Shown piece after piece: positions 15,465 through 24,671 of a DNA stretch of 37,678 nt. Within the stretch, counting starts at the first letter, position 1; every line of letters starts with the position of its first letter. Origin of the DNA: Candidatus Jorgensenbacteria bacterium (GTDB lineage Bacteria > Patescibacteriota > Minisyncoccia > UBA6257 > GWB1-50-10); contig JACRFG010000076.1 in the NCBI GenBank assembly GCA_016234345.1, positions 1 through 37,678 of the forward strand, written 5' to 3'. A model generated the notes under the pieces. It was not told the origin of the DNA, searched no databases, and worked only from the letters and a program-made list of their open reading frames with translations. The position numbers were made by a program, and so were the translations under genes.

Positions 15465-16013
15465 ATGGAACAGCCAAAAAATACTCTTCGTTTAGTCATT
15501 ATCATCGCAGTACTCGTCGTTGTCGTTATCGGTGTAGTCGCTCTACAAAGCAAGCCGGGTGGTACTGATTTATCAGTCCGACCGTCAGAACCCGTGGTCC
15601 AGCCAACGCCGGTAAAACCAACCCCCGCGCCCGCACCGACACCGACCCAAACTACACCCGAAACCCCCAAAGGACCGGCCAATCAAACCCCCAGCGCTCC
15701 TCATAATCCCGGAGAAGATATTGAAGTAATATTTACTGACGCCGGCTTTGCACCGCAAACACTCACCGTAAAAATGGGCAAAGTAGTGACGTTTAAAAAT
15801 TTAGGTTCGGTTCAAGTATGGCCCGCATCAGCATTTCACCCCACACACGAAATCTATCCCACGACTGGCGGCTGCTTGGGAAGCACCTTTGATGCCTGCC
15901 GAGGCATAAACTCTGGAGAATCATGGTCTTTCAAATTTGACGTAGCCGGCAATTGGAAATATCATGACCATCTTAATCCATCCCGTAGCGGCACTATTGT
16001 AGTGGAAAAATAA
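15465..16013 (+). CDS. Membrane-anchored cupredoxin-like protein
   Basis: N-terminal TM (LVIIIAVLVVVVIGVVAL), then a Pro/Thr-rich linker. The beta-sandwich-like domain reads FAPQTLTVKMGKVVTFKN..VWPASAFHPTHE..WSFKFDVAGNWKYHDHLNP..GTIVV. Confidence 0.6.
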   Translation: MEQPKNTLRLVIIIAVLVVVVIGVVALQSKPGGTDLSVRPSEPVVQPTPVKPTPAPAPTPTQTTPETPKGPANQTPSAPHNPGEDIEVIFTDAGFAPQTLTVKMGKVVTFKNLGSVQVWPASAFHPTHEIYPTTGGCLGSTFDACRGINSGESWSFKFDVAGNWKYHDHLNPSRSGTIVVEK

Positions 16014-16019
16014 ATCCTT

Positions 16020-16050
16020 AAACGAGCCTCCATATGAAAGAGGCTCGTTT
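16020..16050 (+). terminator. Hairpin after the cupredoxin-like gene
   Basis: AAACGAGCCTC-catatgaaa-GAGGCTCGTTT, 7 nt after the stop, with a weak T tail. It overlaps the track's ATG at 16034, which argues against that start. Confidence 0.5.
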
Positions 16051-16075
16051 AACATTAACCAGATTTTTATATTTC

Positions 16076-17194
16076 ATGCGTATAGCTTATTTCATCGGCA
16101 CACTTAAAGAGGAGGATGGGGTAAGCCGAGTACTTCTCCGATTGGCCACCGCCATGAAAGAGGCTGGCCATGAAAGCGTAATTATCACGAGTCACGCCGA
16201 AAATCCGGAACGCTATCCCGTGCCCGTACTGCTCTTGCCAGGAGAACAGATATTTCTCTATAAAGATTACTATTTCCCTAAACCGACAAGCGGCAAAGAA
16301 GTTGAAAAACATCTAGAAAGTTTTAAACCTGAACTTATACATCTCCACAGCCCTGACACGAGCGCGTGGCTCGCTATAACCTACGCCAAACACCACAACC
16401 TTCCTACCGTTATTACGCATCACACTGATTTTATCCGCTATCTACCGTATTATCATCTCACACTCTTTAAACCTCTCCTTTGGATGTACCTCAGGAAGAC
16501 TTACAATCGCATAACTGCCGTAACCACACCGTCAGACGTAATAACCGAAACACTAAAGCAACACGGAATAAAACACGCGGAGACGCTATCGAACGGCGTT
16601 GATATAGAAAAATTCAACCCGCGTTTCCGCAAAAACGAATGGCGAAACACTATCGCCGGCTCGCCGGATACACCAATTATTCTTTTTGTCGGCCGCCTTA
16701 CATGGGAGAAAGATCTTAAAACACTTATCCAGACGTACGACCTCCTCGAAAAAAATGATGTGCGATTTCGACTGGCTATTGTCGGCGACGGACCGGTTTA
16801 TGCGGAGCTCCGTAAGGCCTTACCGCATGCAACATTTCTCGGACACTTAATCGGGGAAGCGCTTTCGACTGCTTACGCTTCAGCCGATATATTCCTTTTC
16901 CCTTCCACCACCGAAACATTCGGCAACGTAACAGTCGAAGCCATGTCTTCCGGCGCCGTACCAATTGTGGCTAGAGCTGGCGGTTCGATATCTATAGTCC
17001 AAGACGAGAAAAATGGCTTTCTGGTAACACCGAAAGACGCACAAGCTTTCTATGAAAAAGTGGTTTTTTTAATACAAAATCCCGATACTCGAGAAAAAAT
17101 TATAAAAGACGCCATCCTAAGAGCTAAGGCGTTTGCCTGGCCGGCCATAATTACCAAATACATTAACCTTTACAACAAACTCATTACCAAATAG
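16076..17194 (+). CDS. Glycosyltransferase family 4
   Basis: MRIAYFIG..DGVSRV is a typical GT4 N-terminus. The C-terminal motif is FLFPSTTETFGNVTVEAMSSGAVPIV. Start set at the ATG at 16076 rather than 16034. Confidence 0.8.
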   Translation: MRIAYFIGTLKEEDGVSRVLLRLATAMKEAGHESVIITSHAENPERYPVPVLLLPGEQIFLYKDYYFPKPTSGKEVEKHLESFKPELIHLHSPDTSAWLAITYAKHHNLPTVITHHTDFIRYLPYYHLTLFKPLLWMYLRKTYNRITAVTTPSDVITETLKQHGIKHAETLSNGVDIEKFNPRFRKNEWRNTIAGSPDTPIILFVGRLTWEKDLKTLIQTYDLLEKNDVRFRLAIVGDGPVYAELRKALPHATFLGHLIGEALSTAYASADIFLFPSTTETFGNVTVEAMSSGAVPIVARAGGSISIVQDEKNGFLVTPKDAQAFYEKVVFLIQNPDTREKIIKDAILRAKAFAWPAIITKYINLYNKLITK

Positions 17195-17265
17195 TGCCGG
17201 CCAAAGAGTTTGACTTCGCGGTGCCAGACGCCTTATCACACGATCTGTCACGACCTTGGAACCTC

Positions 17266-17274
17266 TGCTAAACT
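17266..17274 (+). promoter_or_regulatory. Extended -10 box TGcTAAACT, 7 nt before the ATG at 17282 (candidate leaderless start)
   Basis: cTGcTAAACT-taaaact-ATG has the same geometry as at 933 and 2787. Confidence 0.35.
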
Positions 17275-17281
17275 TAAAACT

Positions 17282-18331
17282 ATGCCCAAAGAAAAATCAG
17301 AAGTAATACAAACTATTAAAAAAGTGATGCCGACGGTCGTGTCCGTCATTATCTCAAAAAGCCTCGAAGAGGTTAAAAAGGATATCGGCAATCTAGAAAA
17401 GGAGGAGGGGATACCCACCGAACCACTCGTTATTCCTCCGGAAAAGATAGATGCTCACGGCATGGTTCAAGTCGGCGGCGGATCAGGTTTTATTGTAGAT
17501 GAAAGCGGAATAGTCCTCACTAACAAACATGTTATTGCCGAACCTAATTCGAGCTATACCGTTATCACGAACGATGACATGCGTTACAACGCCGAAGTCC
17601 TCGCACGCGATCCGGTAAACGATGTGGCTATTTTAAAAATAAAACCAACCAAAAAACTCCCAGCAATTGAATTGGGCAGCTCCGAAAATTTGGAACTGGG
17701 TCAAACGGTTCTCGCTATCGGAAACGCTTTGGGTATTTTCAAAAATACCGTCTCTATGGGAATTGTCTCCGGACTCTCGCGCTCGATAAGCGCCCAATCA
17801 GAACCGGGCGCCTCGCCACAAGAAATGCGCGGTCTTATCCAAACCGATGCCGCCATAAACCCAGGAAATTCCGGAGGACCACTCACTGATATTTTCGGAA
17901 AAGCTGTAGGCATCAATGCAGCCGTAGTATTCGGTGCACAAAACATAAGTTTCGCTATACCCATAAAAGCGGCTGAGCGCGATCTGGCCGATCTCAAAAA
18001 ATACGGACGAATCCGTAGACCTCTTATCGGACTTCGTTACTTAATTATCACACCCGATCTCAAAGAAAAACTTAAACTACCCGTTGACTACGGCGCCTAC
18101 GTAACCAAAGAACATCCCGCCGACGAAGCGGTAATAAAAGACAGCCCGGCAGACAAAGCAGGCATGAAAGACAAAGATATTATTCTTTTATGGAACGGCA
18201 AAAAGATATCCATCGAAAAGAATGTCCTTGATTATATGGATGATTGTAACGTTGGCGAAATCGTAACGCTTAAGATTCTTCGCGGAAAAGAAGAATTAGA
18301 CGCAAAAGTAACTCTTACCGAACGAAAATAA
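17282..18331 (+). CDS. HtrA/DegP-type trypsin-like serine protease with one PDZ domain
   Basis: His in LTNKHVI, Asp in NDVAILKI, Ser in GNSGGPL, and a PDZ-like C-terminus (SPADKAGMKDKDIILLWNGKKI). I prefer the ATG at 17282 because the TTG-initiated extension from 17210 is neither signal-like nor conserved-looking. Confidence 0.8.
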   Translation: MPKEKSEVIQTIKKVMPTVVSVIISKSLEEVKKDIGNLEKEEGIPTEPLVIPPEKIDAHGMVQVGGGSGFIVDESGIVLTNKHVIAEPNSSYTVITNDDMRYNAEVLARDPVNDVAILKIKPTKKLPAIELGSSENLELGQTVLAIGNALGIFKNTVSMGIVSGLSRSISAQSEPGASPQEMRGLIQTDAAINPGNSGGPLTDIFGKAVGINAAVVFGAQNISFAIPIKAAERDLADLKKYGRIRRPLIGLRYLIITPDLKEKLKLPVDYGAYVTKEHPADEAVIKDSPADKAGMKDKDIILLWNGKKISIEKNVLDYMDDCNVGEIVTLKILRGKEELDAKVTLTERK

Positions 18332-19387
18332 CTAGAAAATATACTGATCTATAAGGAGATTGTTGCGATCGAAAAACCTTATCCAGTCATGCTCGGGATC
18401 CAGAGGAACGTTGTTACCGAGCCACACACGCCATTCATTAATCAAAAAATCTGGTTCGTAATAATAGCGATTATAACAACTCACATAGTCAAAACGGTTG
18501 AAAAACGCGTGGCATTGTAAATCCTCGAAACCAAGAACCGTGTTTAACTCATCAACTGTCGGCTTACGACAACCGCCAAGTGAAAATAGAAACGATTGGC
18601 AACGACCGGAAAGTTTTACGATTTCACCGCGATCCAAAAGTTCGGGACAATAATCGGGGAAACCCGGACTCGTTTCGTATTGATTATTCAAATGCCCAAT
18701 ACAACGGTTCAAACGAACATTCTTACCAAGGGGTGGCAAACTAGAATAACCGTTCACGTAATCGCCGGTCGAAAGAACAATATCTTCCTCCGGTGAAAGA
18801 CCATTAGGATGGTACATATTTACTGCTCGAGGAACGATTACTTCGCCTCTATTGGTTTTAAAACGCCATCCCGTAATATTTACTTTCTTTTCGCCAATAT
18901 CGCCGGCTGAAATCGAAAAACCATCTTGATTCAAACTGAAACCGAATTTTTTATAGTAAGGAGAGAGTTGGTCTACACGAAAACCTGGCGGCGGCTCGGG
19001 TGGTTCTTCGGGTATAACCGGAGGTTTAATAAGCGACGAGGTCGGGACTGACGGATCAATTGGAATATCACCTTGCGGAAATTGAGGATGCACTGGTATT
19101 TCCTTATATGGATCGGTAGTTGATGCAATCGGTTCAGTCGATGTTCTAAAGGTCACATAATTATCAGATACATCACCGTTAGAAACATTTGGATTCGTTT
19201 CGGCAACGGTAGTTGTGGACTCATCTACTGGCAGAACCGGATTTTCCACAACATCGGTAGATGTAGCGGTTGGCGATTCGGAAATTACCGGTTCGCCATT
19301 ACTGGTCAATGTATAAACGCTATAACCAACAACGCCAATAACAACAACACCAATGATTATTGCGCCGATAATAGTTAATGGATTCAT
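18332..19387 (-). CDS. Hypothetical membrane-anchored extracytoplasmic protein (possible lamin-tail-like domain plus Cys-rich C-terminal domain)
   Basis: N-terminal TM (IIGAIIIGVVVIGVVGY) and a T/P-rich linker. KKVNITGWRFKTNRGEVIVP resembles an LTD strand motif. The C-terminal region has 6 Cys. It is the last gene of the leuS-glmS string. Confidence 0.5.
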   Translation of the reverse strand: MNPLTIIGAIIIGVVVIGVVGYSVYTLTSNGEPVISESPTATSTDVVENPVLPVDESTTTVAETNPNVSNGDVSDNYVTFRTSTEPIASTTDPYKEIPVHPQFPQGDIPIDPSVPTSSLIKPPVIPEEPPEPPPGFRVDQLSPYYKKFGFSLNQDGFSISAGDIGEKKVNITGWRFKTNRGEVIVPRAVNMYHPNGLSPEEDIVLSTGDYVNGYSSLPPLGKNVRLNRCIGHLNNQYETSPGFPDYCPELLDRGEIVKLSGRCQSFLFSLGGCRKPTVDELNTVLGFEDLQCHAFFNRFDYVSCYNRYYYEPDFLINEWRVWLGNNVPLDPEHDWIRFFDRNNLLIDQYIF

Positions 19388-19398
19388 ATTTTTAGATA

Positions 19399-21252
19399 TT
19401 ACTCAACCGTAACACTCTTGGCCAAATTACGCGGCTTATCTACGTCACAACCCTTAATAAGGGCTGCGTAATACGCAAAAAGCTGCAAAGGCACTACCGA
19501 AAGCATCGGGGTCAACATTTCCAGAGTTTTAGGAATGTATATAACATCGTTTGTAAAACGCTTCAAATCACCGTTGCCTTCGGTGCCTATAGCAATAACC
19601 GGACCGCGCCGCGCTTTAATCTCTTGAATGTTAGACGAGACCTTTTCATAAACAGAATCGGAAGGAGCCAAAAATATAGACGGGAATGTTTCATCAATAA
19701 GAGCTATGGGGCCGTGTTTCATTTCTCCAGCACTACATCCTTCCGCATGAACATAAGAAATCTCTTTGAGCTTTAAAGCACCTTCAAGAGCAACGGGGAA
19801 ATTATATTTCCTACCTAAATAAAGAAAATTGCGGTGCGCCGAATATTTTTTAACAATGGTTTGGATATTTTGATGACCTGCCAACACTCGACCAACAAGA
19901 ATAGGCAGTTGTTTCAATTCTTCGGCAATTCTTCGACCGATAGTAATGGACATTTCACGTTGCCGGCCCAAGAAAAGCGTAAGAAGCGCCAAAATCGTTA
20001 GCTGTGAAGTAAAGGCTTTGGTCGAAGCGACACCGATCTCTGGCCCGATGTGCTGATAAACGCCGGCATCGGTTTCTCGAGCGATTGTAGAGCCGACGGC
20101 ATTAACTATCCCCAAGGTGAGCACGCCTTTTTGCTTGGCTTCACGGAGAGCCGCTAATGTATCGGCTGTTTCACCGGATTGGGAAATAGCCAAAAATATA
20201 TCACCTTCACGGAATACCGGTTTCCGATATCTAAATTCTGAAGCTAAATCAACTTCAGTAGGAATACCAGCGTATTCTTCAAGCATGTACTTACCAACCA
20301 TGCCCGCGTAATAAGCTGTGCCACAAGCGGCAATAATTAGGCGTTTAGCTTTCCGAAGGTCTTTTTCTACCGACTCTAAGCCACCAAGCTTGGCCAAACC
20401 TTCTTCCGGGACCAATCGACCGCGGAGTGAATTTTCTATCGATTCGGGCTGCTCAAAAATCTCTTTAGCCATGAAGTGCGGATAATTACCACGCTCGGCC
20501 TGCTCGATAGTCCAGTCTATTTCTTGGGGGGCTCGCATTACCGTTTGATTCTCGAGGGTAAAAATGTGATGCCGAGACGGCGTAAGAACTGCGATTTCAC
20601 CATCATTCAAATACACGATCTGCCGAGTATATTTGAGCACGGCGGAAGCGTCAGAACCGATAATATACTCACCATCGCCCACACCAAGAAGCAGCGGGCT
20701 GAAATTTCTAACTGCCACAATTTTTTCTGGTTCGCGCCGGTCTAAAATAGCGAGCCCATACGTACCGCGCACACGCCTTAGGGCTTTCATGACCACTTCT
20801 TCAAAAGTCGAATTGGGGTCGCTATCACGCATATCTTCAATAAGATGTACCAAGGTTTCGGTGTCTGTTTCAGAACAGAATACATGGCCTTTTTCTAAAA
20901 GCTCTGATTTCAAATCTTTATAGTTCTCAATGATGCCGTTATGTGCCAAGAAAATATTATTTTTGCAATCGTGGTGCGGATGCGCATTTACTTCATTCGG
21001 TTCACCATGAGTCGCCCACCTGGTATGTGCAATTCCAACATTGCCTTCAAAATCAGTTCCATCACCAAGCTTACCTTCTAAAACCGATATTCGTCCGGGA
21101 GCTTTAGCAAACCGAACCTGAAATCCTTTGCCGTGCTTACCGACTACCGCAACCCCGGCCGAATCGTAACCGCGATACTCCAATGCTTTTAACCCATCAA
21201 GAATGATGGGTAACGCCCGCTGTTTACCGATATAACCGACAATACCGCACAT
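19399..21252 (-). CDS. glmS: Glutamine--fructose-6-phosphate aminotransferase
   Basis: MCGIVGYIG Ntn-Cys start, two SIS domains, and a C-terminal ..DKPRNLAKSVTVE. Confidence 0.95.
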   Translation of the reverse strand: MCGIVGYIGKQRALPIILDGLKALEYRGYDSAGVAVVGKHGKGFQVRFAKAPGRISVLEGKLGDGTDFEGNVGIAHTRWATHGEPNEVNAHPHHDCKNNIFLAHNGIIENYKDLKSELLEKGHVFCSETDTETLVHLIEDMRDSDPNSTFEEVVMKALRRVRGTYGLAILDRREPEKIVAVRNFSPLLLGVGDGEYIIGSDASAVLKYTRQIVYLNDGEIAVLTPSRHHIFTLENQTVMRAPQEIDWTIEQAERGNYPHFMAKEIFEQPESIENSLRGRLVPEEGLAKLGGLESVEKDLRKAKRLIIAACGTAYYAGMVGKYMLEEYAGIPTEVDLASEFRYRKPVFREGDIFLAISQSGETADTLAALREAKQKGVLTLGIVNAVGSTIARETDAGVYQHIGPEIGVASTKAFTSQLTILALLTLFLGRQREMSITIGRRIAEELKQLPILVGRVLAGHQNIQTIVKKYSAHRNFLYLGRKYNFPVALEGALKLKEISYVHAEGCSAGEMKHGPIALIDETFPSIFLAPSDSVYEKVSSNIQEIKARRGPVIAIGTEGNGDLKRFTNDVIYIPKTLEMLTPMLSVVPLQLFAYYAALIKGCDVDKPRNLAKSVTVE

Positions 21253-21259
21253 ATTATTA

Positions 21260-23710
21260 TTATATAAGAAAATTAATTAATCGGTCTTTAACAAAGATTA
21301 CTCTTTTAATAGCGTTTGTGCCAAGCCATTTTTTAATCATAATCTGTTCTCGAGCTATTTTTTCTGCTTCTTCCTGAACAATTCCCTTTGATACCAAAAC
21401 AGTATCGCGAACCCTGCCATTAATCTGGATTATAAGGTCAAATTCGTTATCTTCAACCAATTTAGAATTGTATGACGGCCATTTTTCGCGATGGATCGAT
21501 GTTTTATTCCCAAAACTATGCCATAACTCTTCGGTCATGTAAGGGGCTAAAGGAGCCGAAAGAAGCAAAAAATACCTCATATAATCAACCGATACAACAG
21601 TTTGTTTTTCAAACTCATTCAATAAAACCATGAGAGCGCTAATTGCTGTATTGTAATGCAAATTTTCTATATCATCGGTAACTTTCTTAATGGTCTTATG
21701 CATTAATTTTTGTAATTCTATTGTATTTTTTTTGCCTCCTGTCCTTCCCTTATCTCTGCAAGATACAAAATATCTCCATGCCCTATCCAAAAATCTGACG
21801 ATTCCTAAAATACTGGCATCACGAAAATCGCCACCCTGCTCGAAAGGCGCAAGAAACATAAGATATACACGAAGTGCGTCAGCGCCGAATTTTTTAATGT
21901 ATTCATCGGGATTAACAACATTGCCTTTAGATTTGGACATCTTAGCTCCTTCTTTTATAAGAAGACCGTGCGCCCGGAATTTAGTGAATGGTTCGTCGTA
22001 ATCAACCAATTTCATATCGTGGAAAGCCATAGCCAAAAACCTAGAATAAAGAAGGTGAAGCACGGAGTGTTCTGCTCCACCGATGTACATATTTACCGGC
22101 GACCATTTTTTTATGGTGGTTTTGTTAAATGGCTTTTTTAAATTCAAATATCCTATGTAATACCACGCCGAGTCTAAAAAAGTATCAGAAACATCAGTCT
22201 CGCGCCGCGCTTTAGCGCCGCATTTCGGGCATTTAACTTCATAAAAATTCTTAACTGAAGCAAGCGGAGAAGAACCCTTGCCTTTCGGCCGAAACTCTTT
22301 AACGAAGGGTAGCTTTACCGGCAAATCTTTTTCCGGCACAGCATACCAACCCAACATCCCGCCCTGGACGGAATCTATTTGCTCACCCTTTCCAAGTTGC
22401 GCACATGCTGCGCAATAAATCATTGGAATCGGCGCACCCCAATATCGCTGCCTAGAAATCAACCAATCCCGAAGCCGATACTGAATTTCTCGCCTACCGG
22501 AAACTTTTCTCGTAATTTGCCATTTAGCCGACTCAAAGTCGGTTCCATCCAACGATCCAGAATTAACTAACTTGCCTGTTCCCGTATACGCTCGCACAAG
22601 AGGACTTACCACCGTACCGTCACTAATCACTATTCGAACCGGTAAATTGTATTTTCTGGCGAACTCAAAATCACGTTCGTCATGCGCCGGCACCGCCATA
22701 ATCGCGCCAGTGCCGTAACCAGCGAGAACGTAATCCGCAATCCAAATCGGGATAGATTCGCCGGTTGCCGGATTCACGGCCCTTAATCCTTTTAACTCTA
22801 CTCCGGTTTTATCTTTGCTTTCATTGATACGCTCTTCCTCTGATTCCAATTTGGATTTTTGAATATAGGAACTAATTTCTGCCCAATTTTTAATCCGATA
22901 TTTAAGTTTTTGAATCAATGAATGTTCCGGAGCCAAAACCATATATGTAGCACCAAAAAGAGTGTCGGGACGAGTTGTGAATACCTCTATTTTATATTCG
23001 GTATCTTTAACTTCGAATTCGATGGATGCTCCTTCCGATCTGCCAATCCAATTTCGCTGGGCGATCTTAACACGTTCAGACCAATCGATTATATTCAAAT
23101 TTTCAAGAAGTTTCTCGGCATAAGCAGTAATCTTAAAGAACCACTGTTCGAGTTCACGTTTTTCAACAACACTGGAACACCGCTCGCATTTTCCCGAAAC
23201 AACCTGTTCATCGGCCAACACCGTCTTACACGACGGACACCAGTTAACCGGGGCTTTCTTACGATATGCCAAACCATTCTTAAACATTTGGATAAAAATC
23301 CACTGAGTCCATTTATAATATTCTGGGTCGTAAGTTTCCAGCCGTTCTTCCCAAGCAAAACCATTGCCAATTATCTCAAGTTGCTTGTAAAACCTTTTTT
23401 CGGAAACCTTTGCTTGTTTCATCGGATGCGCGCCGATCTTTAACGCGTAGTTCTCCGAATGAATGCCAAATCCATCAAGCCCGATAGGTTGGAACACGTC
23501 ACGCCCTTGCATACGCTTCATCCGGCCATAAATGTCGCTGCCCACAAATGCATACATATTTCCGACATGCAGTCCTTCGGCCGAAGGATACGGAAACATC
23601 ATAAGGTTATAGAAAGGTTTCTTGGTTTTTTTAAAATTCGGTTCGTATGTTTTCTTTATACGCCAAAACTGCTGCCATTTCTTCTCAATTGTTCTAAATT
23701 TATATTTCAT
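21260..23710 (-). CDS. leuS: Leucine--tRNA ligase
   Basis: HIGH-type motif PYPSAEGLHVGN, KMSKS motif (GAKMSKSKGN), a CP1 editing insertion, and 816 aa. Confidence 0.95.
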   Translation of the reverse strand: MKYKFRTIEKKWQQFWRIKKTYEPNFKKTKKPFYNLMMFPYPSAEGLHVGNMYAFVGSDIYGRMKRMQGRDVFQPIGLDGFGIHSENYALKIGAHPMKQAKVSEKRFYKQLEIIGNGFAWEERLETYDPEYYKWTQWIFIQMFKNGLAYRKKAPVNWCPSCKTVLADEQVVSGKCERCSSVVEKRELEQWFFKITAYAEKLLENLNIIDWSERVKIAQRNWIGRSEGASIEFEVKDTEYKIEVFTTRPDTLFGATYMVLAPEHSLIQKLKYRIKNWAEISSYIQKSKLESEEERINESKDKTGVELKGLRAVNPATGESIPIWIADYVLAGYGTGAIMAVPAHDERDFEFARKYNLPVRIVISDGTVVSPLVRAYTGTGKLVNSGSLDGTDFESAKWQITRKVSGRREIQYRLRDWLISRQRYWGAPIPMIYCAACAQLGKGEQIDSVQGGMLGWYAVPEKDLPVKLPFVKEFRPKGKGSSPLASVKNFYEVKCPKCGAKARRETDVSDTFLDSAWYYIGYLNLKKPFNKTTIKKWSPVNMYIGGAEHSVLHLLYSRFLAMAFHDMKLVDYDEPFTKFRAHGLLIKEGAKMSKSKGNVVNPDEYIKKFGADALRVYLMFLAPFEQGGDFRDASILGIVRFLDRAWRYFVSCRDKGRTGGKKNTIELQKLMHKTIKKVTDDIENLHYNTAISALMVLLNEFEKQTVVSVDYMRYFLLLSAPLAPYMTEELWHSFGNKTSIHREKWPSYNSKLVEDNEFDLIIQINGRVRDTVLVSKGIVQEEAEKIAREQIMIKKWLGTNAIKRVIFVKDRLINFLI

Positions 23711-23719
23711 AACGCAATG

Positions 23720-23725
23720 ATTATA
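23720..23725 (-). promoter_or_regulatory. TATAAT box 9 nt before the leuS ATG (near-leaderless)
   Basis: The minus strand reads gaaTATAAT-cattgcgtt-ATG, with no SD. Confidence 0.35.
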
Positions 23726-23735
23726 TTCTAATGAT

Positions 23736-23765
23736 TTGTAGCGTTTGTTTAAAGTCTGCTACAAT
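23736..23765 (+). promoter_or_regulatory. Promoter of the 276-aa gene
   Basis: TTGTAG, an 18-nt spacer ending in TGc, then TACAAT (23760-23765). An AGGTG SD lies 5 nt before the ATG at 23805. Confidence 0.4.
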
Positions 23766-23804
23766 AACAACTAGCAAGTTTATTTAACAACAAATAGGTG
23801 CTGA

Positions 23805-24635
23805 ATGAAAATCACGGCAATAGTAACATCGCTGTTATTTTTTGTGTTGCTTAACACCACCACTGTCCAATCGCAAAAAATAGATTACCTCGACACCCTA
23901 AAATTTTCTCTGGAGTTTTCAAAATTCAACTCACCTAACGCTTTCAAAAAAGGCTTTAATTGGCACGCGACGATCGCTCCAAAACTGCGCCTTCTTAAAA
24001 TAGACGCGCACGAATTATGGATGAATGGAACCCTACAAACGGTACTGGCCGAACGGTTTGATCCGGTCTTTCGAGTAAGCGGCGAAGTTTTTTTGATTGA
24101 TTTAATATACCGATACCGCATACATCCGAGATGGAATTTAAGCACATCGCTCATTCACATTTCAACCCATATCACTCAAGACTTAAATCATCCATTCTAT
24201 GCCGATCTGCCGCCAACTCCACCACATCTCCTCGACGACCTAAACGTTTTGGGCTTCGGACTTAGTGTCAAAAGCAGACCCGAAGATCTCCCCGCTATTT
24301 TTACCATCAGATATCAACCGGTTAAAATAGTTTTCCGAGAAACTTGGCAGACAGAAAATTATGAACGGCCTTTATATCTAAGCGCTGAGCGAGCACTATG
24401 GCGTTTTCCCCCATGCCAGATATCCACAGTAGTCAGCGCTGAACTTGGCGAACACACCAATTCTATCGTGCGAACCGAAATGCGTTTTGAAGTCCTTAAA
24501 CCGGAACAACGTTTCGGCCGAGCTCAATTTTTTGCACAACACACCGACTACATCCGCGATCCTATCGGTTCAAGCCCTTCTTTCGGATTTTTCAGACAGG
24601 GATGGGCTTTAGGCTTTCGCATCGTATATGAATAA
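23805..24635 (+). CDS. Signal-peptide protein, beta-rich, unknown function
   Basis: MKITAIVTSLLFFVLLNTTTVQSQ is a signal peptide. It has its own promoter/SD and terminator. Alternating hydrophobic patterns end in ..WALGFRIVYE. Confidence 0.55.
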   Translation: MKITAIVTSLLFFVLLNTTTVQSQKIDYLDTLKFSLEFSKFNSPNAFKKGFNWHATIAPKLRLLKIDAHELWMNGTLQTVLAERFDPVFRVSGEVFLIDLIYRYRIHPRWNLSTSLIHISTHITQDLNHPFYADLPPTPPHLLDDLNVLGFGLSVKSRPEDLPAIFTIRYQPVKIVFRETWQTENYERPLYLSAERALWRFPPCQISTVVSAELGEHTNSIVRTEMRFEVLKPEQRFGRAQFFAQHTDYIRDPIGSSPSFGFFRQGWALGFRIVYE

Positions 24636-24637
24636 AA

Positions 24638-24671
24638 AACCCCGCTTATCTTACATAGATAAACGGGGTTA
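24638..24671. terminator. Bidirectional terminator hairpin
   Basis: AACCCCG-c-TTATCT-tacat-AGATAA-a-CGGGGTT with an A-run before and T-rich sequence after. It lies between convergent genes and overlaps the TatD stop. Confidence 0.6.

Noticed and set aside
16034-16075. Longer N-termini offered by the ORF track (GT4 from 16034, HtrA from 17210, SufB from 8993, PPK2 from 11509)
   Set aside because: The 16034 start lies inside the upstream terminator hairpin. 17210, 8993 and 11509 are TTG codons, and better-supported ATGs lie just downstream (SD spacing or -10 geometry, and family-typical N-termini).
21253-21259. glmS ribozyme upstream of glmS; T-box leaders upstream of leuS and metG
   Set aside because: glmS starts 7 nt after the leuS stop. 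The leuS upstream region is 94 nt and is shared with a divergent promoter. metG starts 3 nt after the preceding gene. None of these leaves room for such leaders.
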